From a virus (lineage: Duplodnaviria; Heunggongvirae; Uroviricota; Caudoviricetes), in IMG/VR virus record IMGVR_UViG_3300033073_000554, positions 64,001-110,140 of that record: DNA of 46,140 bases; one strand, 5' to 3'. How positions within the stretch are numbered: position 1 is the first letter of the stretch; every line of letters starts with the position of its first letter. This document shows positions 18,601 through 27,039 of this stretch, piece by piece. Position numbers and translations under genes: made by a program. The notes under the pieces were generated by a model. It saw only the letters and a list, made by a program, of their open reading frames with translations, searched no databases and had not been told where the DNA came from.

Positions 18601-19077
18601 TGTAAAAATTATTTCAGTATTATTCTGTTTAGTTGGTACTACATTAAACATACCCTTCCACAATATATTTGGAGTATGTTTGTAATTAGGATCTGTCGGG
18701 TCCTCAGACCATGGTATTATTATATCGGATCCGTAAATGCGCGTAATTCGACTAGCAATATATATTGTAGAAACCCCAGTTGGAGTATCCGGGTAAACAT
18801 ATATTACAATAGATCTTGTATTATCACTATCAACTGTATTCAAAATTTCATAATATAATAATCCACCATTGGAATCCATTATATCGATGAATATCTGGGA
18901 TCCATTCACCAAATATTCACTATTTCCAGCTATTCGTATGACGTTTTTACCCAAATAGAGTCTGTCTGGAATATCATACAGTCTAAAATAATGTTTAGAT
19001 GTCGGATCTGTATCTACATATGGTATCTGTGGGCTATATTCAATTAATCCACTACTATCTTTTGTATGTTTAATCAT
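15664..19077 (-). CDS. Large virion structural protein (tail/baseplate-type)
   Basis: 1137 aa, Ser/Thr/Gly/Tyr-rich beta-type composition with many (S/T)GS motifs. Function is inferred from size and context. Confidence 0.6.
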   Translation of the reverse strand: MIKHTKDSSGLIEYSPQIPYVDTDPTSKHYFRLYDIPDRLYLGKNVIRIAGNSEYLVNGSQIFIDIMDSNGGLLYYEILNTVDSDNTRSIVIYVYPDTPTGVSTIYIASRITRIYGSDIIIPWSEDPTDPNYKHTPNILWKGMFNVVPTKQNNTEIIFTTEPTIEYSEKKVRYDNAATSSRITTYLSSGTDLVYLRGRTTPYQYSNSTSKFIDDAVISPNMVSNMPSISGNVGISSPQISLPEFTELTKIYSENPIFSGSMVGGNLYVRNINLTRFIPKDAVDTTIFNTVPDYSASIVNVLNAHMIEVNRPFNYKVKYSTTSGVNREITFDSFTSQNNFTASYYTDRLTITTGSAHESFIAVEFSGIEPSVGNVNNIKVGYKPVGSYGDYIDVGTYEVVPQNLMVDSNVYIHSSDGVVEKEYGYIKSNTDISTYWTSSLYGSTVTGYTTTYRNTKILDAVYINPTGSYSEDSYILYKPNTLYSIGVKSRTEYNLKFNTNVEKYTGDWTQPIIDVYISGSSVITDVNKINSQISPLKKYNFGTYIGSVNYADGLVNKNSISFISNDTADILPIFIVRSGKWDIGQVSLVPRCDNGYTPNQIKLNIPIAQFKRKSELLLKFQYYNSDGVKSNIDSKLYGVIFSGSSQISYSELLDIPPGIVSGSSGVTAGGSEKSIQFKYSGSLSGSNEFFYDPSIKTFGIGVDVSSFSEMQYPSNMVIRQTDSSDKAFLTFQRFGGTDSSKPVFTILPVSGTDSAKIGIGNGNPKSNIDITLSQTQFDNSLLSMANSTTGSGITLTRTGSLSDANVATKYYKIFTSTTENTGYGNKMIILGSSDSTGRSYMHIGLENTASGGLGGSDTTWVTIGSGSISSRTFSGSGYDLYNIDYNKLVNKPPGVVTGSTQINYDELINKPTVGNIGAGRFLYNNNNYSQSIASDNITYTTMSAALQPSNPSVFNLKNGTRLVHFMTSSVAGSTHHAQSREYIFEGTGSIIEGTPATINTYMELTSHEGAAYTGSTHNAGVSYSIETTIFATSGSGGSVDTYVWTGTTFGRATVSTKNGGSPIFYTPQMISGGMSGYGAFGNSRSSGSNYDSLHRMTFTSTRNKCTIAHIFVLSGSGGAWDTHYTSKIKQNIYEIDVG

Positions 19078-19137
19078 TTATCAATCAGTGTTCAATTGCG
19101 ACACCAACTATAAATAGGAGTTTAGAAATAAATGAAC

Positions 19138-19686
19138 TTAAGTGTTTAAAATTGTATATGGCTCACATACGGCTCCAGAGAAATGTACGGCAGCATTTAA
19201 TGCCATTCTAACCCGATCGTATGTTTTAACCGCTGAATTGTCTAGTATCGAGTGCATCGCGCCCAGTGCATATTTATAACCATGCCCGATACTGGCAATA
19301 CCGTCTAAATTTTCACCTACTTGAAAGTCGTTACCAATTTCAAATAAACGATCTTTATATCCAACTAAAAATTGACCACCCTGTTCGTCACCGTGTTTCG
19401 CGGTCTGCATAAAGCCATTATCACCGAATGCCGCCCGCACGGCATCTATAAAATCGGTGCACATGTATTCATAAACATCCCGGGTAGCTAGTATTTTTGG
19501 TGGTTTAAATTTGAATTTCAATATTTGAATCATTCGAAATGATGTCGTGCACCCAATTACAAATTGCCCATTTTTGAAAACTTTAGTGTCCTTCCGTATC
19601 ATTACATCCGCACCACTTACACCAGCAGAATCTCCGCCTATATAAACCCTTCCAGATTTATCAATACAACCTACTATACATGTCAT
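19138..19686 (-). CDS. HslV/proteasome-beta-like Thr protease (Ntn hydrolase)
   Basis: N-terminus MTCIVG..VYIGGDS, Lys in RKDTK, IGHG..YALGAM (usual GSG motif). Confidence 0.8.
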   Translation of the reverse strand: MTCIVGCIDKSGRVYIGGDSAGVSGADVMIRKDTKVFKNGQFVIGCTTSFRMIQILKFKFKPPKILATRDVYEYMCTDFIDAVRAAFGDNGFMQTAKHGDEQGGQFLVGYKDRLFEIGNDFQVGENLDGIASIGHGYKYALGAMHSILDNSAVKTYDRVRMALNAAVHFSGAVCEPYTILNT

Positions 19687-19698
19687 GACTATAAATAT

Positions 19699-22600
19699 TT
19701 AAAATTCTTCAAAAATGGTACTCTCACCATTGTTATTTGTCACATTTATAATTTTATCGACATAATCCCGTAATTCAACAATGTGACTGACGCATAATAT
19801 GAATTTAAACTTACTCTTTAAATGATCTAATACTCCGACTATAGATCTAATATTTTCGGAATCTAGTGCTCCAAATCCCTCATCTACGAGTAAAAAATTC
19901 GGCTTTGGTAATCCAGATAATCTAACCAAACTGCTTCGCATTGCCGTAGAAATGATAAATTTTTCCATCCCGGATGCAAGTTCTATCGGCCACCTCTCCG
20001 TATCGATCGTCGAACCACCTACTATATATCCATTTATATTTAGATCTTCCAATTCTAACTGAATCGTGAATTTAGTAGACATTGACAATATTTCATTTAC
20101 CTCACTTTCAATTATTGGTAATATATTTTTCAAAATCATATATGGTATACCATCTCTACCAGTAGCTTTAATATACTTATCATATACTTCATATTCAATT
20201 GTCTTATCTTCCAATAATTTATTATTAGCTTCTAATTGTGATATACGGTTTAAAATCATCGCATGCTGAAGTCTATTCGACTCTCTAGTCGATCTAGCCG
20301 TTGTTAGATTTCGATCATATTCCGTTCGTGTAGCAATCAACTCTGACTTGATTTTAGCATTTTCAATGTCTTTCATTTGTTGGGCTAAATTTTCAGCATG
20401 CCGCTTTAACTTCTCAGTATTATTACTGATTTTTAGTTCCTCTAAATTTATTGTTGATTTATGTGAATTTATATCAACCAATACCTGAGATACTGAGTTT
20501 TTAGTAGATTCTAACTCTCGTACTAGTTTATCATAGGTACTTATTAATTCTTTGATATTTATAATTTTTGAATCTATAATATCTATTTTATCAAGTTTTG
20601 ATATATACTCATCAATTAACTTTAAATCATTATTTTTAGCGGCTAATAATGGTATCGCCGCTTGGGCATCTATAACAAATTGATTTTGAATACAATATTG
20701 GCAATTTGGATCATATTTATGCCCGGCCAGTTTATCAACTTTAGATTGTAAATGAGATATCTCTAATAAAATTTTAGATCTATCAGATTGGACGTTATTA
20801 TAATCTGATTTCGAAACCTCTAACGCATCTAAATCAGCGCGAATGGATTTAATATCAATTGCGTCTATATATTCAGAATCCTTTACAACTTTATCACTCA
20901 ATGTAATATGCCTATTATTCAACTCGTTTATAAGTCCAGTCTTTAATTCGATATTTCGCATACTATTATCGATTTCTGACTGCGTTGAAATTGGATCTAT
21001 TACTTCAGTATTGACATTTATTTGAATATTCTCAATTTTAGTAGTTAAGTCATTGATGGCGGTTGAATATAATGAAATATCATTATCATATGATACCAAT
21101 ACTTCATCTAATGCAGCTAATTGCTCATTATTCTTTTTTATTTCTTCGGTGTAATTAGTGTTTGATAATAATTTTATCTCACCTGATAATTCCTTGGAAT
21201 TTTTAGCCGCAATCGTAGATAATTCGCCATATTTATCAATGTCAATGAATCGATAGATAATTTCCTTTCTATCTTTTTGTCCCATATCAATTATGGACCG
21301 CGGATCCGCTGGAGTATTCATCGTTGTCATGATAAAATCCTCATATGTTCCTAAATATCGGCGTATAATCGAATTCGTATCATCCCTAGATTTACCATTT
21401 AAGATAATATCACCAGCTGGAGCGTGGTGAACGAAGTCTACTGTAACTGATACTTTACCTTTACTATTTTTTGTCCCAATTCTAGTTATGGAGTATTCAT
21501 CATTTCCGATTAAAAACCTGAATTTACCATATAAATCACTGGCATTTTTATTCATGATATATGACGCGAGTGACGTTCTGGTGCACTTATCATATATTAC
21601 AAATAATATACTATCTAATAAATTACTTTTACCCGATCTATTTGGGGCAAATAATCCTACTATTCCACGCATGTTGAAATTCAACGTGGTTCTCTCGACA
21701 TATGTAAACATATTTTGTATTTCGAGCGATATCGGGTCCCACGTAACTCCATACATATTTGTAGAAGTACTATCATATTGTGATGATAAATCTCTATGTA
21801 ATTTTATAATTTTATCAAATACTTCAGTACTCGGAATTATACCAAGTGCTGTATAATACGAATTAAATAATTCAGACTGAGCATTGATATCCCACGATTT
21901 GAAAATATTTTCAACGTGTTCGGTTGCAGCTGTTGGTCGCCACTTCGTAGCACTTTTCTCTTCATTTAGTGCAACACTTCGCATTCCAAATTTTGATGTT
22001 AAATTATCAGTTATTTCTTTTAACATCAATTTATCTGTGTTCGAATATTGAATTCGTACAACATTTGTTGGTAATAATTCTGGAAGTTCGGTTAATATTT
22101 GACCGTTAGCTACCTTTATAGTGTGCTGTGAGTATGGGTTATCTAATGCTATATATTCGTGAGTTTTAGTTGGGATATCCCATACAATGAATCCGTGCAT
22201 ATCTACATTTTCACCGTGATCCTGTTGAATCAATGATGACGCATATGCGATATTATTTTTTTGCCCAAAAACATTATACTTATGTATATCCCCCAATAAT
22301 CCAATATCAAATCCATCAAATGTTTCAATTGGAAGGGCATTAATAAAATTGTCAAATCCAATATCTGTAGAAGCTCCTACAACTGGACCGTGATACATGG
22401 CAATTTTATATTTTACATCATTTATTTCTGGAGCTAGTATCCAATTATCGCTACCATCATATATCGATAGGTGTGAAAATGCCGTATCTTCGTCTATTTT
22501 TATTACCTCGCTTTTACGCGAGTAATATAAATTTGGATGATTCATCGCATGCACTACGGGGTACAATGCATCTAACTTGTTTTTGTTCGACTCATTGAAA

Positions 22601-22854
22601 TCGTGATTTCCCGGTATTAATATCGTCGGACACAGATCTGCACAACCTCTCAAAAAATCGGTTATTAGTACAACCATTTCTGGAGAGATATCGGTCTTAA
22701 CATGTGCAACATCCCCAAGTATACATATTACCGAGTTTTCTACACCAATTCTACGTATTTCAGAAAATAGCTTTTCGAATATTATTCTATATTCTTGTTC
22801 ACGGGTATATAAACGAACATGTATATCTGCAACGTGGTATATTCTTTTTATCAT
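19699..22854 (-). CDS. sbcD-sbcC: Fused SbcD/Mre11 (gp47) phosphoesterase and SbcC/Rad50 (gp46) ATPase
   Basis: HVADIH, GDVAH, PGNHD, GDIHK; then APNRSGKSN (Walker A), CQYC hook, LASGME signature, LVDEGFGALD, VSH. Confidence 0.92.
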   Translation of the reverse strand: MIKRIYHVADIHVRLYTREQEYRIIFEKLFSEIRRIGVENSVICILGDVAHVKTDISPEMVVLITDFLRGCADLCPTILIPGNHDFNESNKNKLDALYPVVHAMNHPNLYYSRKSEVIKIDEDTAFSHLSIYDGSDNWILAPEINDVKYKIAMYHGPVVGASTDIGFDNFINALPIETFDGFDIGLLGDIHKYNVFGQKNNIAYASSLIQQDHGENVDMHGFIVWDIPTKTHEYIALDNPYSQHTIKVANGQILTELPELLPTNVVRIQYSNTDKLMLKEITDNLTSKFGMRSVALNEEKSATKWRPTAATEHVENIFKSWDINAQSELFNSYYTALGIIPSTEVFDKIIKLHRDLSSQYDSTSTNMYGVTWDPISLEIQNMFTYVERTTLNFNMRGIVGLFAPNRSGKSNLLDSILFVIYDKCTRTSLASYIMNKNASDLYGKFRFLIGNDEYSITRIGTKNSKGKVSVTVDFVHHAPAGDIILNGKSRDDTNSIIRRYLGTYEDFIMTTMNTPADPRSIIDMGQKDRKEIIYRFIDIDKYGELSTIAAKNSKELSGEIKLLSNTNYTEEIKKNNEQLAALDEVLVSYDNDISLYSTAINDLTTKIENIQINVNTEVIDPISTQSEIDNSMRNIELKTGLINELNNRHITLSDKVVKDSEYIDAIDIKSIRADLDALEVSKSDYNNVQSDRSKILLEISHLQSKVDKLAGHKYDPNCQYCIQNQFVIDAQAAIPLLAAKNNDLKLIDEYISKLDKIDIIDSKIINIKELISTYDKLVRELESTKNSVSQVLVDINSHKSTINLEELKISNNTEKLKRHAENLAQQMKDIENAKIKSELIATRTEYDRNLTTARSTRESNRLQHAMILNRISQLEANNKLLEDKTIEYEVYDKYIKATGRDGIPYMILKNILPIIESEVNEILSMSTKFTIQLELEDLNINGYIVGGSTIDTERWPIELASGMEKFIISTAMRSSLVRLSGLPKPNFLLVDEGFGALDSENIRSIVGVLDHLKSKFKFILCVSHIVELRDYVDKIINVTNNNGESTIFEEF

Positions 22855-22887
22855 TTAGATTTTATTTATTTTTTATCTCACATTAAA

Positions 22888-23172
22888 TTATAACCAATAT
22901 ACTAGCACAGTATCAAATTTTGATTCGTATTCTTTTAAAGTCTGCATAAAATAATCTCGACCATACCACCACCCAGATATTCTTATTGGTAAATTTCCAG
23001 TATTATTTACTTCAAAATATTCATACGCTCGCGTCGCTTCATCTTCAGTTTCAAATACAAATGTATCTTCCATATACATTTGGGTTACAGCTATTTGGTT
23101 AAACCCAGCAAGTTTCATTTGATCAATACTACCTTGAAAATTAGATAAAGGTCTACGATGATTATATCCCAT
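22888..23172 (-). CDS. Hypothetical protein
   Basis: 94-aa ORF in operon context. Confidence 0.65.
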   Translation of the reverse strand: MGYNHRRPLSNFQGSIDQMKLAGFNQIAVTQMYMEDTFVFETEDEATRAYEYFEVNNTGNLPIRISGWWYGRDYFMQTLKEYESKFDTVLVYWL

Positions 23173-23195
23173 AAATGTTTAAATTTAGAATAATA

Positions 23196-23411
23196 TTAAA
23201 GATATCTATATCCTCTATAATTACATCTACCACAATGTGTATTCTTCTGTGGTGGAATACTAGCTAGTACACTCATATCAGTGTCATATAACTCATTACC
23301 ACATGCCGGACACGCTATACCATTAAATCTAGGATATGAACTAGTAAACTTTATAGCGGTTTCTAATCTTTCGTTATTGTGGTCATCTAATGATTTCAAA
23401 ATTTTAGACAT
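23196..23411 (-). CDS. Small Zn-ribbon protein
   Basis: CPACG...HCGRC. Confidence 0.7.
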   Translation of the reverse strand: MSKILKSLDDHNNERLETAIKFTSSYPRFNGIACPACGNELYDTDMSVLASIPPQKNTHCGRCNYRGYRYL

Positions 23412-23417
23412 ATGAAA

Positions 23418-24422
23418 TTATTTTAAACTTAATAATGTTGAAGTTTTAATCTTAAATAAATCCCGGGAAGTTAAATATCTACTATTATTTATTTTATCCC
23501 ATATTGATTCATAACCAATATCATTTATATCGCAATCCCCTTCCAATTGAACTAATTTCACTCTCAGTCCATTACCAATGAATATTTCAACTGCTTCAAT
23601 AGCCTGAATAATGGCGTCTGGATCCAGTGCTATTATAACTTCTGGAGTTCTGCTAGATAGTATCTTCTTACGTAATGCTTTAGATATGGTCTTACCATAC
23701 AATGGTGTAACATTTCGTCGAACTGTAATGGCATTTAACGCACTTTCTACAATTATAACTGGTTCTGACCAGTCTACATATAATTCAAATCCGACTATAT
23801 CCTTAGATACTTGCGGTAATTTAAATGTCATTGAGTTATTAGTAGTTATAAACGTTCTACCCATAAAATAGTTCAAAGTACCAGAACTATTATAACTTGG
23901 AAATATTATCATATTTTTATATCTCCCATCTAAACAATATCCGAGTTTGTACTTTATAATATCAATATATCTTAATTTACGATTTATTAGTAAATAATTT
24001 ATAGCAGATCTCCAAAACCAATTATTATTATCAACTATTGATAATGGAATATATTCATTAGGTAATGTAATTGGAATATCTACTTCCTGTATAGTAGTTA
24101 CACCATTACCATGATCTTTATATTTATTTAATATATTCGGCTTAAAAACGTGAATGAATTCGTGAAATTTGGTATATGTTTCACGCGTTGCCGATATAAA
24201 CGATAATAAGCTATTTAATTTCTTTCCCCCTCTGGAACATACCCAACAGTGCCATTTATTTGAATTTATTCCTATTTCAAGCTTAGGTTTATGATGATTA
24301 CACACTGGGCAATGAAAAATATAATTATCCTTAGTTGTCGGTTTCCCAACCCCAAGTGTTTCATTTAATACAGATAATAACCTAGTATTTAACACGATTT
24401 TGTAATAATTCGTGGCAAACAT
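23418..24422 (-). CDS. DNA primase (T4 gp61/DnaG-like)
   Basis: Zn finger CPVCNH...HCWVC; YFMGR; TOPRIM motifs IIVE and ALDPDA. Confidence 0.88.
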   Translation of the reverse strand: MFATNYYKIVLNTRLLSVLNETLGVGKPTTKDNYIFHCPVCNHHKPKLEIGINSNKWHCWVCSRGGKKLNSLLSFISATRETYTKFHEFIHVFKPNILNKYKDHGNGVTTIQEVDIPITLPNEYIPLSIVDNNNWFWRSAINYLLINRKLRYIDIIKYKLGYCLDGRYKNMIIFPSYNSSGTLNYFMGRTFITTNNSMTFKLPQVSKDIVGFELYVDWSEPVIIVESALNAITVRRNVTPLYGKTISKALRKKILSSRTPEVIIALDPDAIIQAIEAVEIFIGNGLRVKLVQLEGDCDINDIGYESIWDKINNSRYLTSRDLFKIKTSTLLSLK

Positions 24423-24453
24423 ACAAAAAATATAGCTAATTACATAATTTTTT

Positions 24454-24463
24454 ACTATATATA
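24454..24463 (+). promoter_or_regulatory. ACTATATATA promoter-like motif for the plus-strand gene pair
   Basis: The motif flips strand together with gene orientation. Confidence 0.55.
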
Positions 24464-24485
24464 CTTATAAACACGGTATAAATGC

Positions 24486-24833
24486 ATGAAAATTAAATTA
24501 CATGAATTGAAGACTATCATCAAATCTGAAATTAATAAATTGAATGAAGCTGGTGGTGGAGATCCAGATGGTATAAATACATTGGTATCTACCATTGCTG
24601 AATTAACTGATAATAATGATCATTCAGGTGCTATCGTAGCCTTGTGTAAATTCCTAAAAGATCCTAAACTGATTACAATTGCAGTATCGCTACAAAGTAT
24701 ACATAATGCATTGGGTAATTTTCCAGCAGAATTGGGTAAATTCAGATCAAATTTCTTAGTTCACACCCTCATACCATATGTAACCAAGAAGTACGGTTCT
24801 GGAGCATCAGCTCAAATACATTCAGCGTTTTAA
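24486..24833 (+). CDS. Hypothetical protein with capsid-targeting-like leader
   Basis: MKIKLHELKTIIKSEINKLNE; ACTATATATA at 24454-24463. Confidence 0.72.
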   Translation: MKIKLHELKTIIKSEINKLNEAGGGDPDGINTLVSTIAELTDNNDHSGAIVALCKFLKDPKLITIAVSLQSIHNALGNFPAELGKFRSNFLVHTLIPYVTKKYGSGASAQIHSAF

Positions 24834-24844
24834 ATAAAAAATAG

Positions 24845-25306
24845 ATGTCACATTGGACTTATAATGGGTCGCCATTTACTGAAATACCTACAGGTGCGGT
24901 CGGATTTATATACAAAATTACGAATTTAACAACATCTCAAATGTACATTGGTCGAAAATATGTAACCCGACGTATAAAGAGTAAGATAAATACTACCTCA
25001 CTTTCAGCTAAAAACAAGAAAAAAACTAAGATTAAAATTAAAGAATCAGATTGGGCAACTTATACGGGATCGTGTAAACCGCTTAATGATGATATATTAT
25101 CCCTTGGTATAGACTCGTTTAAATTTGAAATATTATATATCGGTACCACTAAAGGTCAAGTTAATTACGCTGAAGAATATATCCAATTTATGACACATGC
25201 AGTATTAGATCCACTATATTACAATAATTCAGTTGGTAGCCGTGGATATATTGCAATGACCAATAATATTAAACTGTTGGAATCGATACAGTCAATTGTG
25301 ATTTAA
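24845..25306 (+). CDS. GIY-YIG family endonuclease (Seg-like)
   Basis: GFIYKITNLTTSQMYIGRK...FKFEILY...YAEE...YYNN. Confidence 0.82.
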   Translation: MSHWTYNGSPFTEIPTGAVGFIYKITNLTTSQMYIGRKYVTRRIKSKINTTSLSAKNKKKTKIKIKESDWATYTGSCKPLNDDILSLGIDSFKFEILYIGTTKGQVNYAEEYIQFMTHAVLDPLYYNNSVGSRGYIAMTNNIKLLESIQSIVI

Positions 25307-25448
25307 TCATTTCAACCATACTTGTTGAAATTCTATCAGATATACATTCTATATGTTCATGCTCATCACTGAATGCGTTCCATTCTAACATTAATCTACC
25401 GCACGTTTTACATGTGGGTTGTTCAGATATTATTATCGTTCGTATCAT
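25269..25448 (-). CDS. Small CxxC protein (59 aa)
   Basis: Not in the track; MIRTIIISEQPTCKTCGRLMLEWNAFSDEHEHIEC...; ATGA overlap with the upstream stop. Confidence 0.55.
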   Translation of the reverse strand: MIRTIIISEQPTCKTCGRLMLEWNAFSDEHEHIECISDRISTSMVEMIKSQLTVSIPTV

Positions 25449-25954
25449 ATTAAACTTAATATAAATTTCAAATTCGGTTCAATTGCATGTTGGACTAAAC
25501 CAGAATATTCATTACTACTTTTAAATTGTTTTGGGATACTATGCATATTTTCATATGCTTCCTTCTCCCACTCTAATTTCGAATATTTATCAAAATCATA
25601 ATTCCTAGAAATTTTATTATATTCAGGAACGGATATATTTACAATGTTTTTCCAATAAAAAAATCCACCCGCGACCGATAATTCACCACCTTTAATCTGT
25701 TTGATATGTGTAAGTTCATGTGCTAAAGTATACAGCATCGCCGAATATCCCATTTCAGAATCAATTACTATTTCATTTTTACCATTTATAATCTTGGAAA
25801 AATTTACAAATCCTATTTGGGTTTTTGATACTTTCCTAAATATTATATCTAAATTTACACCATCACTGATACCTAGAATACTATTACAGTATGATATAAA
25901 TATATCAAGTAATGGTTTAATATATTTCGGAACTTTACCTTTATAATTAATCAT
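25445..25954 (-). CDS. HExxH zinc metallopeptidase-like protein
   Basis: TLAHELTHIKQ with a downstream WEKEA third-ligand motif. Confidence 0.78.
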   Translation of the reverse strand: MINYKGKVPKYIKPLLDIFISYCNSILGISDGVNLDIIFRKVSKTQIGFVNFSKIINGKNEIVIDSEMGYSAMLYTLAHELTHIKQIKGGELSVAGGFFYWKNIVNISVPEYNKISRNYDFDKYSKLEWEKEAYENMHSIPKQFKSSNEYSGLVQHAIEPNLKFILSLI

Positions 25955-26634
25955 TTCCTATTTTTATTTTTAATTTGGTTTCTAATCCAATTCTTTGCAT
26001 TATACCCCAATTCAGAGTTCATCCATTTTCGAATAATCTTATCCGCATAGTTTATAGTTTCATCATCGGTGGTTGAATTATCTATACCTATCCAATGGTC
26101 AACTCCAAATATACCAACTAGCTTATTACTATTTGCATTATATCTATTCCACTTATCAATTACAACATCCTCTGGTATACTTCGTTCACGTTTTCTGTTT
26201 CTAGCCAAGGAAACTTCTAATGTGGTATTCACGAATACAATATATGTATCATACCCAAGTTCAACTAGCTGATCTCGCTTACTTTTAACTTTCTCTATAT
26301 CTGCCGCGGTACCAGCGATTATTAACCCAAGTCTACCTTCAGCATACTGCATCTCTATACGATCGGTAATATCTGTAGCATCTGATCGAATTGGATCTCG
26401 TATGGAACTTGGTATGGTGTCAAGCTTCAAATTATCACCATTTACCTTTTTCAACATGTGTGTAAATGCGACATCTGAATCTACTAACTTTAATCCGTAT
26501 GATGTAAGACCAAGCTTATCAATCATATATGATTTTCCAGCACCGGGAGATCCAACCACAAATATGGCCTTGAAGATGTTTGGGTCATACACTCCCTCAG
26601 CAATTACTTGTCTTAATATTTCTTCTAGTTTCAT
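25951..26634 (-). CDS. P-loop kinase (zeta-toxin/AAA_33-like) with capsid-targeting-like leader
   Basis: MKLEEILRQVIAE; AIFVVGSPGAGKS; VSLARNRKRER lid motif. Confidence 0.78.
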   Translation of the reverse strand: MKLEEILRQVIAEGVYDPNIFKAIFVVGSPGAGKSYMIDKLGLTSYGLKLVDSDVAFTHMLKKVNGDNLKLDTIPSSIRDPIRSDATDITDRIEMQYAEGRLGLIIAGTAADIEKVKSKRDQLVELGYDTYIVFVNTTLEVSLARNRKRERSIPEDVVIDKWNRYNANSNKLVGIFGVDHWIGIDNSTTDDETINYADKIIRKWMNSELGYNAKNWIRNQIKNKNRK

Positions 26635-26671
26635 ATTATATCAACTGTTTTTTATTTTGTCGTTACCAATG

Positions 26672-27004
26672 TCATGCAATCATTTTTTGAACAATATCAT
26701 TTAATGTTTTTGTATCAATAGTTGAGAAATACCAACTCGCTTGTTTCCCATCTTCTGTTTTGAAATAGAATGTGTAATCGTCACCGTAAATACCACCATC
26801 ATATTTATACAATTCAGTAAAATGTAATTTCCTGTAATTATGTTCCATTTCAAAATTTAATTTGACATATCCATCTTGACGTTCATTAAAATATTTTTCA
26901 ACTATATCATATAATTGACTTCTATTTAATTTACTATCATTTTCATTCAATGTCTCCCTGACTGTAGTTTTGATGAAATTCTGCAATTTTTTATTATTTT
27001 CCAT
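26672..27004 (-). CDS. Hypothetical protein with capsid-targeting-like leader
   Basis: MENNKKLQNFIKTTVRETLNE. Confidence 0.7.
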   Translation of the reverse strand: MENNKKLQNFIKTTVRETLNENDSKLNRSQLYDIVEKYFNERQDGYVKLNFEMEHNYRKLHFTELYKYDGGIYGDDYTFYFKTEDGKQASWYFSTIDTKTLNDIVQKMIA

Positions 27005-27039
27005 ACTATATTAACCGACATACTGTCAAATTAGTTCCA

